DNA of 63,919 bases, the filler included, from Octopus bimaculoides (taxonomy: Eukaryota): assembly GCF_001194135.2 (NCBI RefSeq). It is 10 parts of 10 records of this genome, joined end to end, with 100 filler letters (N's around TTAATTAATTAA, not from the genome) between each part and the next. Parts side by side here need not be neighbours in the genome. Positions count along the whole stretch, not along the records: positions 11,231 to 20,474 come from NC_068986.1; positions 20,575 to 22,541 come from NC_068993.1; positions 22,642 to 27,819 come from NC_068983.1; 7 more parts are not named here. One strand, given 5' to 3'. Shown here one piece after another: positions 11,800 through 25,550 of this stretch. Within the stretch, counting starts at the first letter, position 1. Every line of letters starts with the position of its first letter. The translations under genes and the position numbers were made by a program. The notes beneath the pieces are model-generated. The model had not been told where the DNA came from and did no database searches. It worked only from the letters and a program-made list of their open reading frames with translations.

Positions 11800-12181
11800 G
11801 AAATGGGACAGATTGAAAGTGTAGGTTGTGGCACCCTAGTAGAGATGATCGACCACCTCGTCTCTGGATATTCTTTGATGGTTGCTAAGGAATGTAAAAA
11901 CAGATATAACTAAATATGGCAACGTCTACACTGGATATTATGCGAGCATTATGGGAAAGGAACAACTAAAAACTGGTATGAACATTTTCTCCAATCAGCC
12001 ACTGAGATTGATCATATCACCATTTTCTGGGACTTAATTCTTAATACAGATAGAACAATCCAGGTGGATGGGCAGATATGACGGTAAAAAGAGCATATTG
12101 ATACAATTTGTCTCCTAACTGGTATGGTTGCCCCATGGAAAGGTTTCCAGCAATGCAAAAGATTTAGAAGAACTTGCAAAA
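11800..12181 (+). mobile_element. Second R4-like fragment: CCHC zinc knuckle plus start of RLE, degraded
   Basis: With frameshifts and stops: KCRL..EMIDHLVSGYSLMVAKECKNRYN*IWQRLHWILCEHYGKGTTKNWYEH...EIDHITIFWDLILNTDRTIQ...ICLLTGMVAP...AKDLEELAK. Confidence 0.75.
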
Positions 12182-13956
12182 CCTCTGAGTAAGTCCTGCA
12201 GTTTCTGAGTGGGGCAAAGCATCTCTGATGTTTATTTCATCCAGTTATTTCACGTACTGTTTTCAGTTTCGTAAAAAGTGGATCATATGTGTATTTGTTG
12301 TTCCATTATGAAAAAGTACATTGTTGTGTTGTAAAGTACACAACTGTTTAGAACTATTTATAGACGATGAGGCTTTAAGCTGTAGCTTCTTTGGCTTATG
12401 CCTAAATGCAACACTGGACACATCAACACGATTTATTTTCCTTCGTAAGTAAATATAGATTTGTAACAATGAAACAAATATTTTATCGATCCTTGATGGA
12501 TGAAATGGAATTCAATTGCAGAGGAAGAGAAGATCAAAAAGTAATGAGATGAAAGTGAAAAGTATAACATTTTTAAAAATAGGCGCAAAAGTAAATTTTT
12601 TAGTGTATGTTCGATCTAATCGATTTTAGTACCTGAAAAATACTTAAAATCTAAATAAACATAATTGCATATGACAAGAATTTTATTTAATCAATCGATC
12701 TCTAGTTTCTGATAATCCCCCGCCTTTGGGAAATATAAGATTATCGAACCAACAGTAGCGATGAGGTCTCTATATGGTCGTTTGACTTGCTAGAAATAGC
12801 ACCCAAATTTTCCTGAAATCCTACCCTATCATCTTAAAGAATTAAGAGCACATTCTATTACATAGTCGTATACATACATACATACATACATACATACATA
12901 CATACATACATGCAAACATACAAACACACATACGTACGTCAAATGATTGAAACAAGTAAAAGAAAATAAAGAATAGAATTTACATACATACATACGTACA
13001 TACATACATCTATTCTTTTATTTTCTTTTACTTGTTTCAATCATTTGACTGCAGCCCTGCTGGAGCACCACATTTAGTCGAACAAATCGACCCCAGGACT
13101 TATTCTTTGTAAGTCCAGTACTTATTCTAACGGTCACTTCGGCTGAACTGCTAAGTTACGGGAACGTAAACACGCCAAGCGATGGTGGGGGACAAGCACA
13201 GACACACAAACAGACACACACACACACACATACACACACACACACANNNNNNNNNNNNNNNNNNNNNNNNNNNNNNNNNNNNNNNNNNNNNNNNNNNNNN
13301 NNNNNNNNNNNNNNNNNNNNNNNNNNNNNNNNNNNNNNNNNNNNNNNNNNNNNNNNNNNNNNNNNNNNNNNNNNNNNNNNNNNNNNNNNNNNNNNNNNNN
13401 NNNNNNNNNNNNNNNNNNNNNNNNNNNNNNNNNNNNNNNNNNNNNNNNNNNNNNNNNNNNNNNNNNNNNNNNNNNNNNNNNNNNNNNNNNNNNNNNNNNN
13501 NNNNNNNNNNNNNNNNNNNNNNNNNNNNNNNNNNNNNNNNNNNNNNNNNNNNNNNNNNNNNNNNNNNNNNNNNNNNNNNNNNNNNNNNNNNNNNNNNNNN
13601 NNNNNNNNNNNNNNNNNNNNNNNNNNNNNNNNNNNNNNNNNNNNNNNNNNNNNNNNNNNNNNNNNNNNNNNNNNNNNNNNNNNNNNNNNNNNNNNNNNNN
13701 NNNNNNNNNNNNNNNNNNNNNNNNNNNNNNNNNNNNTTGATTCATATTTAGTGACAATTATAGTTTTCCTATTTTTTTGTAAAACATTGTAAACTACTGT
13801 CTATATTAATTATATATGTGTGTGTATGTGTGTGTGTATATGTGTGTGTGTATATGTGTGTGTGTATATATACATATATTTATATGTATATTTCTATATA
13901 TATATATATACACATACAGACATATATACATATGTATTCATGTATTCAAGAATATA

Positions 13957-14236
13957 TGTGGTCTGATCAATGAGTATCCGGACTGTTGACATAGTAACGA
14001 AGCTAAAGCACGCAGAGTAAAGTTGCTTGGCATAGATTGACCTTGAACTCTGCTGTGCATGTGCACTAAGTTTTAACGTTCTAGTTCACTTCCCTTGTTT
14101 AGAACAGTACTTGTAATGAAGGTGTGTAACACGTGCTCGTTGTATTGACCATGACAGAGAAAATTGAGCAGAGAATCTGCATCAAATTTTGTCAAAAGCT
14201 TGGCGATACCTACTCAGAAGCCTACGCAAAGTTTCC
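13957..14236 (+). mobile_element. mariner 5' end (TA + TIR tgtggtctgatcaatgagtatccggac, ORF start MTEKIEQRICIKFCQKLGD)
   Basis: TA-flanked mariner-type TIR and transposase N-terminal helix. Confidence 0.8.
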
Positions 14237-14709
14237 AATATGTTCCCACCGTTCTCGACAGAATCAAAGAAACCTTGTGCAACTGAAGCCCAAGTGTCTT
14301 TTTGGTCAGCTGAAAGCAGTTTTGGCACAAACTTGGCTGACACGCGTCTCATACCCAAAACTTCAGTGATAATGGAGTGAACTGAACCGTAACTAATCTG
14401 CACATCCTCTGATAACTCACGGATGGTGATTCGACGATTTCTCCTCAAAGCTGCACGCACATCTGCGATGTTTTTTCAGTTCTGCTGGTTGCGGGTCTCC
14501 CAGAACGTTCGTGAATATCGACATTTTTCGGCCATCTTGGAAACGTCTGAACCTCTCGTGCACTAGTGTGCGGCTCATACACTCCTCTCCATACACTTTC
14601 TGCAACTTTGCGTAGACTTCTGAGCAGGTATCGCCATGACAACCATCTCTGTCATGGCAAATATGATGATCACATGCTACACACCTTCCTTCCAAGCACT
14701 GCTGTAAAC
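14237..14709 (-). mobile_element. mariner transposase N-terminal half, inverted copy of the same family
   Basis: Peptides SEVYAKLQKVYGEECMSRT..ERFRRFQDGR, ERSGRPATSRTEK and LRRNRRITIRELSEDVQISYGSVHSIITEVLGMRRVSAKFVPKLLSADQK (HTH plus WVPREL-like linker). Confidence 0.85.
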
Positions 14710-15158
14710 NNNNNNNNNNNNNNNNNNNNNNNNNNNNNNNNNNNNNNNNNNNNNNNNNNNNNNNNNNNNNNNNNNNNNNNNNNNNNNNNNNNNNNNNNNN
14801 NNNNNNNNNTGATGACTGTCAAAATTATTGATGGATTGTTATCAGGTTAGGCAGCTTTTGTCCAACTTTCAGGCAATCATTTTTTCCGAGGTTCAGACAA
14901 TATACTTTGCAGTTCATTTATATCAAAAGTTTATGAACTGTTAGTTTCGACTTTGTCTTTTACCTTTCCCTCGTAAACGGTAGTGGTAGGTTCTCTGTTG
15001 GTGCCGACAATGCGCATTCAGCTGTTTGACCAACTGAATTTTTACTTGTGAAATTAACGAGTTACAGAGTATTGCACAGACACGTCTAACATTAAGCAGT
15101 TCTCAGGTAGAATCATTGTGATCCAACGTGAGAAAGTTGAAGCTTTGAAATACATTTA

Positions 15159-16425
15159 TTGAGTCATCCCATAAATAATGCAGTTTTTTCAATTGCATGA
15201 GCTAAAAGCCGGCAGGGGACGGGATAAGCTACCTACATCAACTTGTTATAAAAGCAGGTAGTAATTTTACCTTGTACTTATTCTTAGTGCAAGTTTTGAA
15301 AAGTACAGTTCGATTTTAACAGTTATTTTTTCAAAGCTATAATGGAAGTGACAAAGGAGCATATTCGGCATATTTTGCTCTTTGAGTTCAACAGAAAGTG
15401 CGAGGAATATTAATGAAGTATATGGGGATCGGACAATAAGCGTAAGCCAGTGTCAATGTTAGTTTCAGAAATTCTGAGCCGGAAACTACAGCCTAGGAGA
15501 CAAGCCTCGTCCTGAGAGATCTGTAGAGCTTGACGAGGACATTCTGCAAACCCTGGTGGAACAAAATCCCATCGTAACTGTTGAGGGACTAGCAGAAAAG
15601 CTTGGATTTGGTCAGTCAACCATTCATAGACACCTGCGTGCCATCGGAAAAGTCAGCAAATTGCGTGAATGGGTTCTTCACAAACTTTCAGAGTCAAATC
15701 GCGCGCAGAGTTAATGGGTGTTCTTCTTTGCTGTCACGCCTCACGAATGAACCATTTTTTGACTGAATAGTGACTGGTGACGAGAAATTGGTTCCCTATA
15801 AAAATATCAAGTGCCGAAGACAGTGGGTAGGGATAGGAGAAATACCAGCATCTCAGGCTGAAGAAGGTCTTCACCCACGTAAGGTGTTGTTGTCCGTTTG
15901 GTGGGATATGAGAAGTTTAGTCCACTTTGAACTTTTAAACCCAAACCAAACGTTAACAAAGGAGATCTACTACGAGCAGCTTGAATGTCTTAAGTCAGCG
16001 CTAGAAGAAAAAGGATCATCTTTGGTTTCAAGACGAAAGGTGTTCTTCCGTTAAGATAATGCTCGACTACATACAACGCGGATGACATTCCAAAGGCTGG
16101 AGCAGTTTGAATGGGAAACGATGCCCCACCCACCATATTTGCTGGACATTGCCCCATCTGATTATCATTTATTCCGCCGTCTACAAAATCATTTGGACGG
16201 AAAAATATGAATTCTGTAGACGAAGTCAGAAGAGTACGGGAGGAGTATTTTTCATCACGAAGTGAATTTTGGAAGAGGAGCTTTGCATGTCTACCAGATA
16301 GATAGAAGAGCATTGTAGAAAATTGAGGAAAGTATTTTTTTTTAGGTTAAAAAAGAACTTTGTTTATCTTAACATTGAAAAATAAAAGAAGTATAAAAAA
16401 CCGTATTGTTTATGGGATGACTCAA
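15159..16425 (+). mobile_element. Full-length (1267 bp) mariner DNA transposon with pseudogenised transposase
   Basis: 31-bp TIRs (ttgagtcatcccataaataatgcagtttttt vs rc ttgagtcatcccataaacaatacggtttttt), TA on both sides. ATG at 15342; motifs MEVTKEHIRHILLFEFN, EWVLHKL, TGDEK, LHPRKVLLSVWW, *DNAR, HPPYLLDIAPSDYHLF; several stops and frameshifts. Confidence 0.95.
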
Positions 16426-17842
16426 TACAATCCAGAGAGGGGGGAGACAGANNNNNNNNNNNNNNNNNNNNNNNNNNNNNNNNNNNNNNNNNNNNNNNNN
16501 NNNNNNNNNNNNNNNNNNNNNNNNNNNNNNNNNNNNNNNNNNNNNNNNNNNNNNNNNNNNNNNNNNNNNNNNNNNNNNNNNNNNNNNNNNNNNNNNNNNN
16601 NNNNNNNNNNNNNNNNNNNNNNNNNNNNNNNNNNNNNNNNNNNNNNNNNNNNNNNNNNNNNNNNNNNNNNNNNNNNNNNNNNNNNNNNNNNNNNNNNNNN
16701 NNNNNNNNNNNNNNNNNNNNNNNNNNNNNNNNNNNNNNNNNNNNNNNNNNNNNNNNNNNNNNNNNNNNNNNNNNNNNNNNNNNNNNNNNNNNNNNNNNNN
16801 NNNNNNNNNNNNNNNNNNNNNNNNNNNNNNNNNNNNNNNNNNNNNNNNNNNNNNNNNNNNNNNNNNNNNNNNNNNNNNNNNNNNNNNNNNNNNNNNNNNN
16901 NNNNNNNNNNNNNNNNNNNNNNNNNNNNNNNNNNNNNNNNNNNNNNNNNNNNNNNNNNNNNNNNNNNNATTCATTTAATTACCGCTTATACTTTATTGTT
17001 ATTACGGCAAAAACTTCCAGTGTCTCAGGGTCGATAAAATAAAGTGTCAGTCCAGTTCTAGGGCTGATATATTCTACATTTCTTTTTCCTCATATTCGTG
17101 TTTTTATTTTTCAATTTTAGAAATCATTATGGACTCAAATAATTGCTAGAGTCATTAATGCTCCTCATGTCACTGGGAAAAAAGCGTTGGTAAAAACTTT
17201 GTAATGCTTAATAAGCGGCTTTGTGGTATTTAGCTACGTCTTTTAGCATTGTCCCAATTTTGGTACTTATCTTATCTACCTCGACACGATGAGTCGACCT
17301 CGAAGAATTTGAAATCAGGACGTAAAGACGAACGAAATACTGCTAAGCATTTCGCCCGGTGTGCTAACGAGACTACCAGCTCGCCGGCTCCCCAGTACCA
17401 ATAATAATGTGAACATTGAATCAACTAACTTCACGTTTTCCATGAATTTGTAGCCTTGTAAATTGTGCAACATTAAGGAGCAGTGCAGAGACTAGTGGAT
17501 ACTGCATCATTGTTTTTAACTTCGTGCATTCAATTTTTATTTCAAATTCCATTGGGTTTGATCTTGTCGGTTTTTCTTGTATCAAATAAGTACCAATTAT
17601 GACCTGAGCTCATGTCAATCGTTTACAACGATTTTCCTATTAACATCTGACTTTCTGTTAATAATGTAAAATATTACTATTATTATTTGACTTCGCAAAC
17701 CGTAAAATGTAAGAAATACTTTTAAACTAATGGCCGCGGACAACAACCATGCGTAAAGTAAGACCAGAAAAAAATGTCCCTTAAGAGACAGTAAAAGAAA
17801 GAAAAAATCAAAAAGACAAAAAATGAAACTACAAAGCGAGTT

Positions 17843-17843
17843 C

Positions 17844-17874
<31 letters not shown>

Positions 17875-17942
17875 CTTCTTCTTCTTCTTCTTCTTCTTCT
17901 TCTTCTTCTTCTTCTTCTTCTTCTTCTTCTTCTTCTTCTTCT
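17843..17942 (+). repeat. (CTT)n microsatellite, representative of dozens of di-, tri- and tetranucleotide arrays (CA, TA, GA, TGA, TAA, ACC, GATA, TACA)
   Basis: Pure ctt run; a similar run lies at 45269-45384. Many N gaps are flanked by such arrays. Confidence 0.95.
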
Positions 17943-20766
17943 TTTTTTTAAATATTTTTAAGTCATTTGCTTCATTTAATCTTTGTTCCCCTCCAGATAT
18001 CATCGGAGTGCTATCACCCACCATAACCACTAACAGAAGTGTTGTTATCTCTGTCTCTGAATCTGCATTTAACTTTTTCAATCATTTTTTTTTTTACATT
18101 TAATCCTCTCTGCCTCACTCTCCACCACTAATTTTTACCTTTTATCTAGTCAGCCCTTCTTCAGCTCACTGTCTCTTTCTTATGGTTTCTATATTACCCC
18201 TCTCATCTAAAAAGATCTTTCCATCTTTTTTCTCTTGCTTACTCTCCCTCCCTCCTCCCCTCTCCTACACTCTCTTTCCCTCTCTTATACAGTTACAATC
18301 TTTTCAGTAAATGCTTTTTTCTATTTCACCATATTTCTCACTCACAACCCCTATATCCCCTCTCACTACTCTTTTAGTCCCAACAGAAATGAAGTATCCT
18401 CAGAGGTCGCTTGTAGGAATAGTAGCCAAATCACTTTTAAATAACATTCTGTGCCTCATAAAAAAAGAAGGACACATTGGAATCTGAGAAATACAGCATC
18501 TGAACCGCCCCCCCCCCANNNNNNNNNNAAAAAAAAAAATCAACAAAAAAACATACAAGCAAAAAAACCAGGATGGTCATAGCTAGAATGCCTTTCCTCA
18601 TAAGTCTGTATAAAAAGAACTGAACAAATAAATCCAATCATTCATTTATTTGCTTCCCTATTATGTACTCATCTTACTCTTTTTTCTTCTATTCTTCCGA
18701 ATTCCTCATTTCTGTTTCCTTGCTCATTTGACGTTTTACACAATTTTTAAAATACAATTTTCCAATCCCTCTTTTACGGCTTTAAAAAAAAAAATATTTC
18801 CTGACTCTTCCACTCTCTTTCCAATCAAATAACTTTCATTAAATGGCCTGATGTATACTTTTCATCATCCTAAATATCTTCTCCTGTATCTGCGAGTTAG
18901 AAAGTGAAGTACGGCTATAGTGTCCTAAATAAGTAATGATTATGCTCTATGCAACCGCCATATGGGCATTTGAAGCTATTTAAACAATTTGCAATATTCC
19001 TAAGAATCCAAACGACTTTTAAAACTTAAAAGGCTCATACAACAGTTTCAAACATTAATAATTATAATAATTGGTACATTGGCCAGATATATATACTCCT
19101 TACCCTAGTTACGCACTTATTAAATTGTACTCTGTGTACAGCATAAAAATAAGCATAATAATTGGGAAGCTTCCTAAAACATGATAATTTATAATCAATG
19201 AATCAAAACAGAAGACAGAATTTTATATCGATATATCTTTCACACAGAAAACAGATATCAGGAAAGTGAAGCTTGTATGATTTGGCAAGATCTGTATGAT
19301 AAGATGAGATCAAATGTGAGAAGCTTTATCAAACAAATGAAGGTTCAGCAAGGTTCACATTTAATTGGTTGAAACTTGACTAATGATGGATATAGTACAA
19401 CCCACCATTTGTACAGTAACTGAAAGTTAAAGTGAAACTAATTGGAATATAGATATGTGTCATAGATCTCTGTACCTAAAGACGGAATGTCTTGAAAAGA
19501 GTTAATAGATTTTTGGAAAATATATTTTGGAGCATATTGAACTGTCAGATTTTAAACAGATTAAAAAAACAAAAAAAACTAATGATCTGACGTCTCTTCG
19601 ATGTTAAGGGTAAAAAAAAAAATCATGAAAAAACATTGTTCTGTAAACTTTCCCGACAGACTTGGGGATAATATCAGTCAACACTAATGCTACTTCTTGC
19701 TTTCAACATCGATATCCCATTTTGTTATGTCAGCAGTCCAATTTTAATTACAGTCTCTTACTGAGGTTCAAATTAATTTCGTGATGTCCTCTAGTTCACC
19801 TCTCAAATTGAGTAACATAAAAAAAATGGCGACTGTGATCGCAGAGCGTTATAAGAGATGAATGATTAACTTACCTTCACAATATTAATCATTAACATAA
19901 CGTTTTTATGATTATCGCACACGGAATACGATTGAAACTATGTGATTAGTCAACTTTAATAATCATGTGGAAAAACAGAGTCAAAGAGAAAGAAAAATAA
20001 AGATCGATAAACACTGAAATATCACAACAGAAAATATAAATCCAATGGAGTCAGTTAAGAATTCTACCAGATAATTTATTGTATCTCAATGCCATTGTTC
20101 TTGACTTAAGCACCAGAAACATAACAGACATGGGGACTCATTAAGTTAAGTCTGAGACCGCCTCCATTTCTAACTTCTCTAACTTCTTAGCTCTTGAAAA
20201 AACATGAACGACTCTTTCTCCATTGGAAGCTGTAGATTTATCTTTTAACTATTTTTATCTTTTACTTGTTTCAATCATTGGACTGGGCCATACTGGGGTA
20301 TCGCCTTGAATTTTTAGTCGAATGAATCGACCCAGTACTTATTTTTCAAGCTTGGTATTTATTCTATCGGCCTCTTTTGCCGAACTGCTCATTTACAGGG
20401 ACGCAAACACACCAACACTGGTTGACAAGTGGTCGTGGGGGGATAAACACAGACACGGAGACTCACATGCATATNNNNNNNNNNNNNNNNNNNNNNNNNN
20501 NNNNNNNNNNNNNNNNNNTTAATTAATTAANNNNNNNNNNNNNNNNNNNNNNNNNNNNNNNNNNNNNNNNNNNNTGAAGAAAGACTGAGGTAGCAAGAGA
20601 GAGACAGAGGGAGAGAGAGTGGAAGGGAGAATGTAAAAGAGGGGGGGGTGAGAGGGAGAATGTTTTAAAGCTTGTCACATGCTACAAGGAGAGACGTTTC
20701 GTGAATTTTGCCATGCACTTCTATAAACACATACTGCACGCACACATGCATCCAGGCATGCAGAGG

Positions 20767-20807
<41 letters not shown>

Positions 20808-21163
20808 ATAGACAGAAACACAGAGAGAGTATAAGAGAGGCTTGGTTAGAAAATGTTACCATGTACTGGCGGTAAAATCATGTTAGGAAGAGTTTGAGAG
20901 AGGAAAAGAACGAGAAGAGATTAAAGATAGAATGATAGAGTGAAAGAGAGACATTTGGTAAAGTACTTTTAGAGTACTTGTAGAGTACATGCTACAGAGA
21001 GTGAGTGAGAGAGAGAGAGAGAGATGTGTTTTAAAGCTTGCCTTATATTTGAATGAAAGAGAGAAAGAGAAAGACAGAGAGAGAGAGAAAGAGAAAGAAA
21101 GAAAAGGAGAGAAAGCGAAAGACAGAGAGAGAAAGAGAAAGATAGAGATAGAGAGAAAGAGAA

Positions 21164-21202
<39 letters not shown>

Positions 21203-21262
21203 CAAAGAGAAAGAGAGAGAAATAGGAACAGAGAGGAATGAGAAGAGAGAAAGAGAGAGAAT

Positions 21263-21293
<31 letters not shown>

Positions 21294-21443
21294 CNNNNNN
21301 NNNNAAGAAATGTGAATTAAAGCTTGCCTTATATTTGAATGAAAGAGAGAAAGAGAGAGAGAGAAAGGGAAGAAAGACAGAGAAAGAGAGAGAGAGAGAG
21401 AAATAGGAAATGACAGAAATAAGAAGAGAGAAAGAGAGAGAAT

Positions 21444-21474
<31 letters not shown>

Positions 21475-21576
21475 CGCTTGATAAATTCTACCAAGTACTT
21501 AGACTCGTACTACAAAGAATGAGGGAGAAAGAGAGATGGAGAAAGTAGAGAGTGAATGAACAGGAAAGAGAGGGAT

Positions 21577-21652
<76 letters not shown>

Positions 21653-21796
21653 GCAGACTGCGGGCGAGAAGTGGGGGGAAGAGGGAAAACGGGGGAGAGA
21701 GAGAGTGAAACTTGTCTGATAAATTTTACCAGGTAGTTTGCTTTTAAATGCGGGGAATTGCTGATTCGCAATGTTAGTAGTAGTAGCAGTAGTAGT

Positions 21797-21827
<31 letters not shown>

Positions 21828-22665
21828 ATAGTAGTAGTAGTAGTTGTTGTTCTCTCTCTTGCGAGTAGTTGTAGTTAGCGAAGGTGGCACTGAGGGTGTG
21901 GCGCTGAAGTCGACATTCTATTGTTAATAGTGGTTGCCCTCACCCCTGAAGGTGCAGGCGTTGGCACTGCTGTGTTTTTAACCCCAGGCCAACCCCGATT
22001 GATCAGGGGTAGTGTCGGACAGTCTAGCCTCGGCCATCCTATGTTTTTAGGGATTTGCCTAGAACACTAGCATTCAGTAGATCGCTCCACCATTTTAAGA
22101 ATGTAGGTGTGCGGGCTGAAGAGAATTTGAATGCTATTTCTTGCATATCGGTCGACCACATAGGGTTTTCTATGTCAGCTCGTGTGGATGTCGTTCTTGT
22201 TGTTAGTGGTGGTCATGGTTGTGTGATGGGTTGCTGGCGATGATGTTTTTATCGTCGTTGCTTAGTGTCTGTGGTGATGATGGTGATGTTGCTGTTGTTG
22301 ATGATGATGATTGGGACTACGACGCCAGCGATTATGATGACGACGATGATGGCAATGACGATGACAACGATGACGACGACAGCGACGACGACGACGATGA
22401 CGACGGCGATGACGACGGCGATGACGACAATGATCACGACGATGACAGGGATGATGATGATGATGATGATGATTGTGACTACCACCCCAACAATTATGAT
22501 GACGATGTTACTGACTGACTTTTTTCTCACATATATATATANNNNNNNNNNNNNNNNNNNNNNNNNNNNNNNNNNNNNNNNNNNNTTAATTAATTAANNN
22601 NNNNNNNNNNNNNNNNNNNNNNNNNNNNNNNNNNNNNNNNNAAATATATATATATATATATATAT

Positions 22666-22713
<48 letters not shown>

Positions 22714-22714
<1 letters not shown>

Positions 22715-23024
22715 ATCCTCTTAAGTACGAAATAACCCGGCTATGGAAAATGAAGAAGATGAATATAGTGCCAATTATTGTTAGCTCCTTGGGAACAGTA
22801 TCTGAAGGCATCAAGGGGAATATAAAGGAAATTGGAATAGAGTGCCCAGTAGAACTGTTACAAAATGTTTGCCTCCTTAGCACGGCCAGAATAATCAAGA
22901 AAGTATTAGGTAGCTGAAAAGAATGAATAGCATGGTACCGTAGGCTGCAGGTAGTAAGGCCGCTACGCATGCAAGACTCCAGGAGCTCCAACAAAACCTG
23001 TGATAAAGAGAAAATAATAATAAT
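22714..23024 (+). mobile_element. R4/Dong-like 3' end, 5'-truncated, with 3' UTR and (TAA)n tail
   Basis: NPLKYEITRLWKMKKMNIVPIIVSSLGTVSEGIKGNIKEIGIECPVELLQNVCLLSTARIIKKVLGS* (stop 22915-22917), about 95 nt UTR, then aataataataat. Confidence 0.85.
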
Positions 23025-25517
23025 AGAGTCTTTATTGCCCACAAGGGCCTTAAATAACACTTAGGACAATACAAGGACAAAGCAAAGTGGAGATATGCAT
23101 AAACCCGCGTAAGCAACTAAATACTAATTGAGAAGAAAATTGGAATAGCAAAGTTCTCAATAATCTTGTAGGGCGGTAACAAAGTTCCTCTTCGACATGA
23201 CGCTACTCCCAAACAGATGTGTTGCTCAAATAGTTATATGCATCTGCTTGGAATCGAATATCTTGGTCCGTCTTGGTCTATCTTGGTCCATCTTGGTCCA
23301 TCTTGATTCGTCAAAGATCGTGCTGTAATCAATAGAGGACGGGAAATATTTCCAGGAGTCCAAAGAAAAGGTCTACAACGAAAGCTTATCTCTTTGCGAA
23401 TACCTTGGTAAAAAAAAATTACCTGGAATTGTGTATAACGGAACCATTGTTCGCGTTCTTTGTTAACTACACGACAACACTCTGGTTCACGCAACTGCAA
23501 ATTATTCTTGTCTGTTTGTAAGTAGTTCTGATAAAGCGCTGTCAAGAGGTAAATTCGTACATTCATGCACAATACAATACAAAAACGCACAAACAAATGC
23601 AAACTCACCCACATACACATATATTACACCTACTCACACATACATAAATGAACATAAAACCCAGTCACTCATACATTCCCAACCATAGACATACAGCAAA
23701 CACAAGCCGTGAGATACACTCACAAACCATAGGCGCATACACGCACACAGAAACTATTTATTAGCAGATGTAGATATATCCGCAGTCTAGTTCAAAGTTG
23801 TCCGTAGTGAAACATCTGCTATCAATTTGAACTAAAGAGGTGCCTCTTAATGGAAGAAAGTGTGACTTGTGGGATGTTGCTGATATGCTGTGCCTAACAC
23901 ACCCAAACATATCACACTGACAATACTAAATTAAAATACGTTTCTTTTTTCTTCTTCCGACTCTTTTAAACTTCATTCTTTCTTCTGGTAATCCTAATTT
24001 GTACTCTATTTTCTTTTGAAGCCAAACCTACCTACATACCAACATATCTACTTGCCAAGATATACATATGCACGCACGCACACANNNNNNNNNNNNNNNN
24101 NNNNNNNNNNNNNNNNNNNNNNNNNNNNNNNNNNNNNNNNNNNNNNNNNNNNNNNNNNNNNNNNNNNNNNNNNNNNNNNNNNNNNNNNNNNNNNNNNNNN
24201 NNNNNNNNNNNNNNNNNNNNNNNNNNNNNNNNNNNNNNNNNNNNNNNNNNNNNNNNNNNNNNNNNNNNNNNNNNNNNNNNNNNNNNNNNNNNNNNNNACC
24301 ACGTACCGAAGTTCAGAAATAGCAGCTAAAAAGCTGAGACTCCAACAGATAGCATTACTTGTAACTCACAAAGGCAAAACAAGAAGAAAAAACAATGAAA
24401 ACTAACCAGTCGAAGTTAATCATAGACGCGTTTCTGGCTTAGGAGCGATAACACTCCATTTCCTCTTCGGTATGATATTCTAGTTGTAAATTCGACGGTG
24501 CTAGCAAATTGTGCCTGCATGACAGAGTGAACATCATGCATTGGCACAACCTGAAACCACATCCGAACCTACATAGGCCAGCCAGTCCACTATTTCTCCT
24601 CAAGAAATTACCATGTGCGTTACAAGTAATACCGCAGAAAATTTGCGGTTTACTATATATATAGTAATGTATTTGTGGTATGTCAAAGTCGAATAAAACA
24701 TCACATCTGAAATATATATGTGTAGGAATATGTGTGGGTATGTGTGTGTGTGAGTGAATGTGTGTGTTTGTGTGTGTGTGTGTGGGGGGCGTGTGTGTAT
24801 AAAATCTTCAGGATCCAATAAAATCAAGATATTTTAATAACAAAGGCACCAAGTCAGAGTCGTCGGTGGCATACCTCTGCACTAACAGTATGTATGGACA
24901 CTCACAAACTTACTAAAGCAAATACGTATTTGTCCTTCCAGAGTGAAGGACAAAGGGGGTTGTAATGTTTTCCCCATATCGTAGCTCGATAAGCTGAAAA
25001 ATATATATACCTCACACTCTCATCTATTATACATATTTGTGTATGTTTACAAAATGTGCATACACACACAGATATATATATATGTAATACAAAGAATATA
25101 TATACATGTATACACACATATATGTACATACTTACATCTACATGTGTATATATATGCATATCAGGGTACAGGACGTTAGAACAATGAACTACAGACAACG
25201 GAACGAACACATAGGAAAACGGAAAGCCAGTTGGAATATTCCTTCATCAGCTGTCTCTATTCTAACCTGACGTTTCGAAGATAAGACAGAACGTACTCTA
25301 GAATAGTCTATNNNNNNNNNNNNNNNNNNNNNNNNNNNNNNNNNNNNNNNNNNNNNNNNNNNNNNNNNNNNNNNNNNNNNNNNNNNNNNNNNNNNNNNNN
25401 NNNNNNNNNNNNNNNNNNNNNNNNNNNNNNNNNNNNNNNNNNNNNNNNNNNNNNNNNNNNNNTATACGGTCGGCCTTCTGCATTGGTCGTGGCGCATATA
25501 TATATATATATACACAT

Positions 25518-25550
<33 letters not shown>

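Noticed and set aside
22219-22597. Asp-rich / Thr-Met-rich ORFs
   Set aside because: Translation of a compound (GAT/GAC)n microsatellite; no splice context or unique coding flanks.
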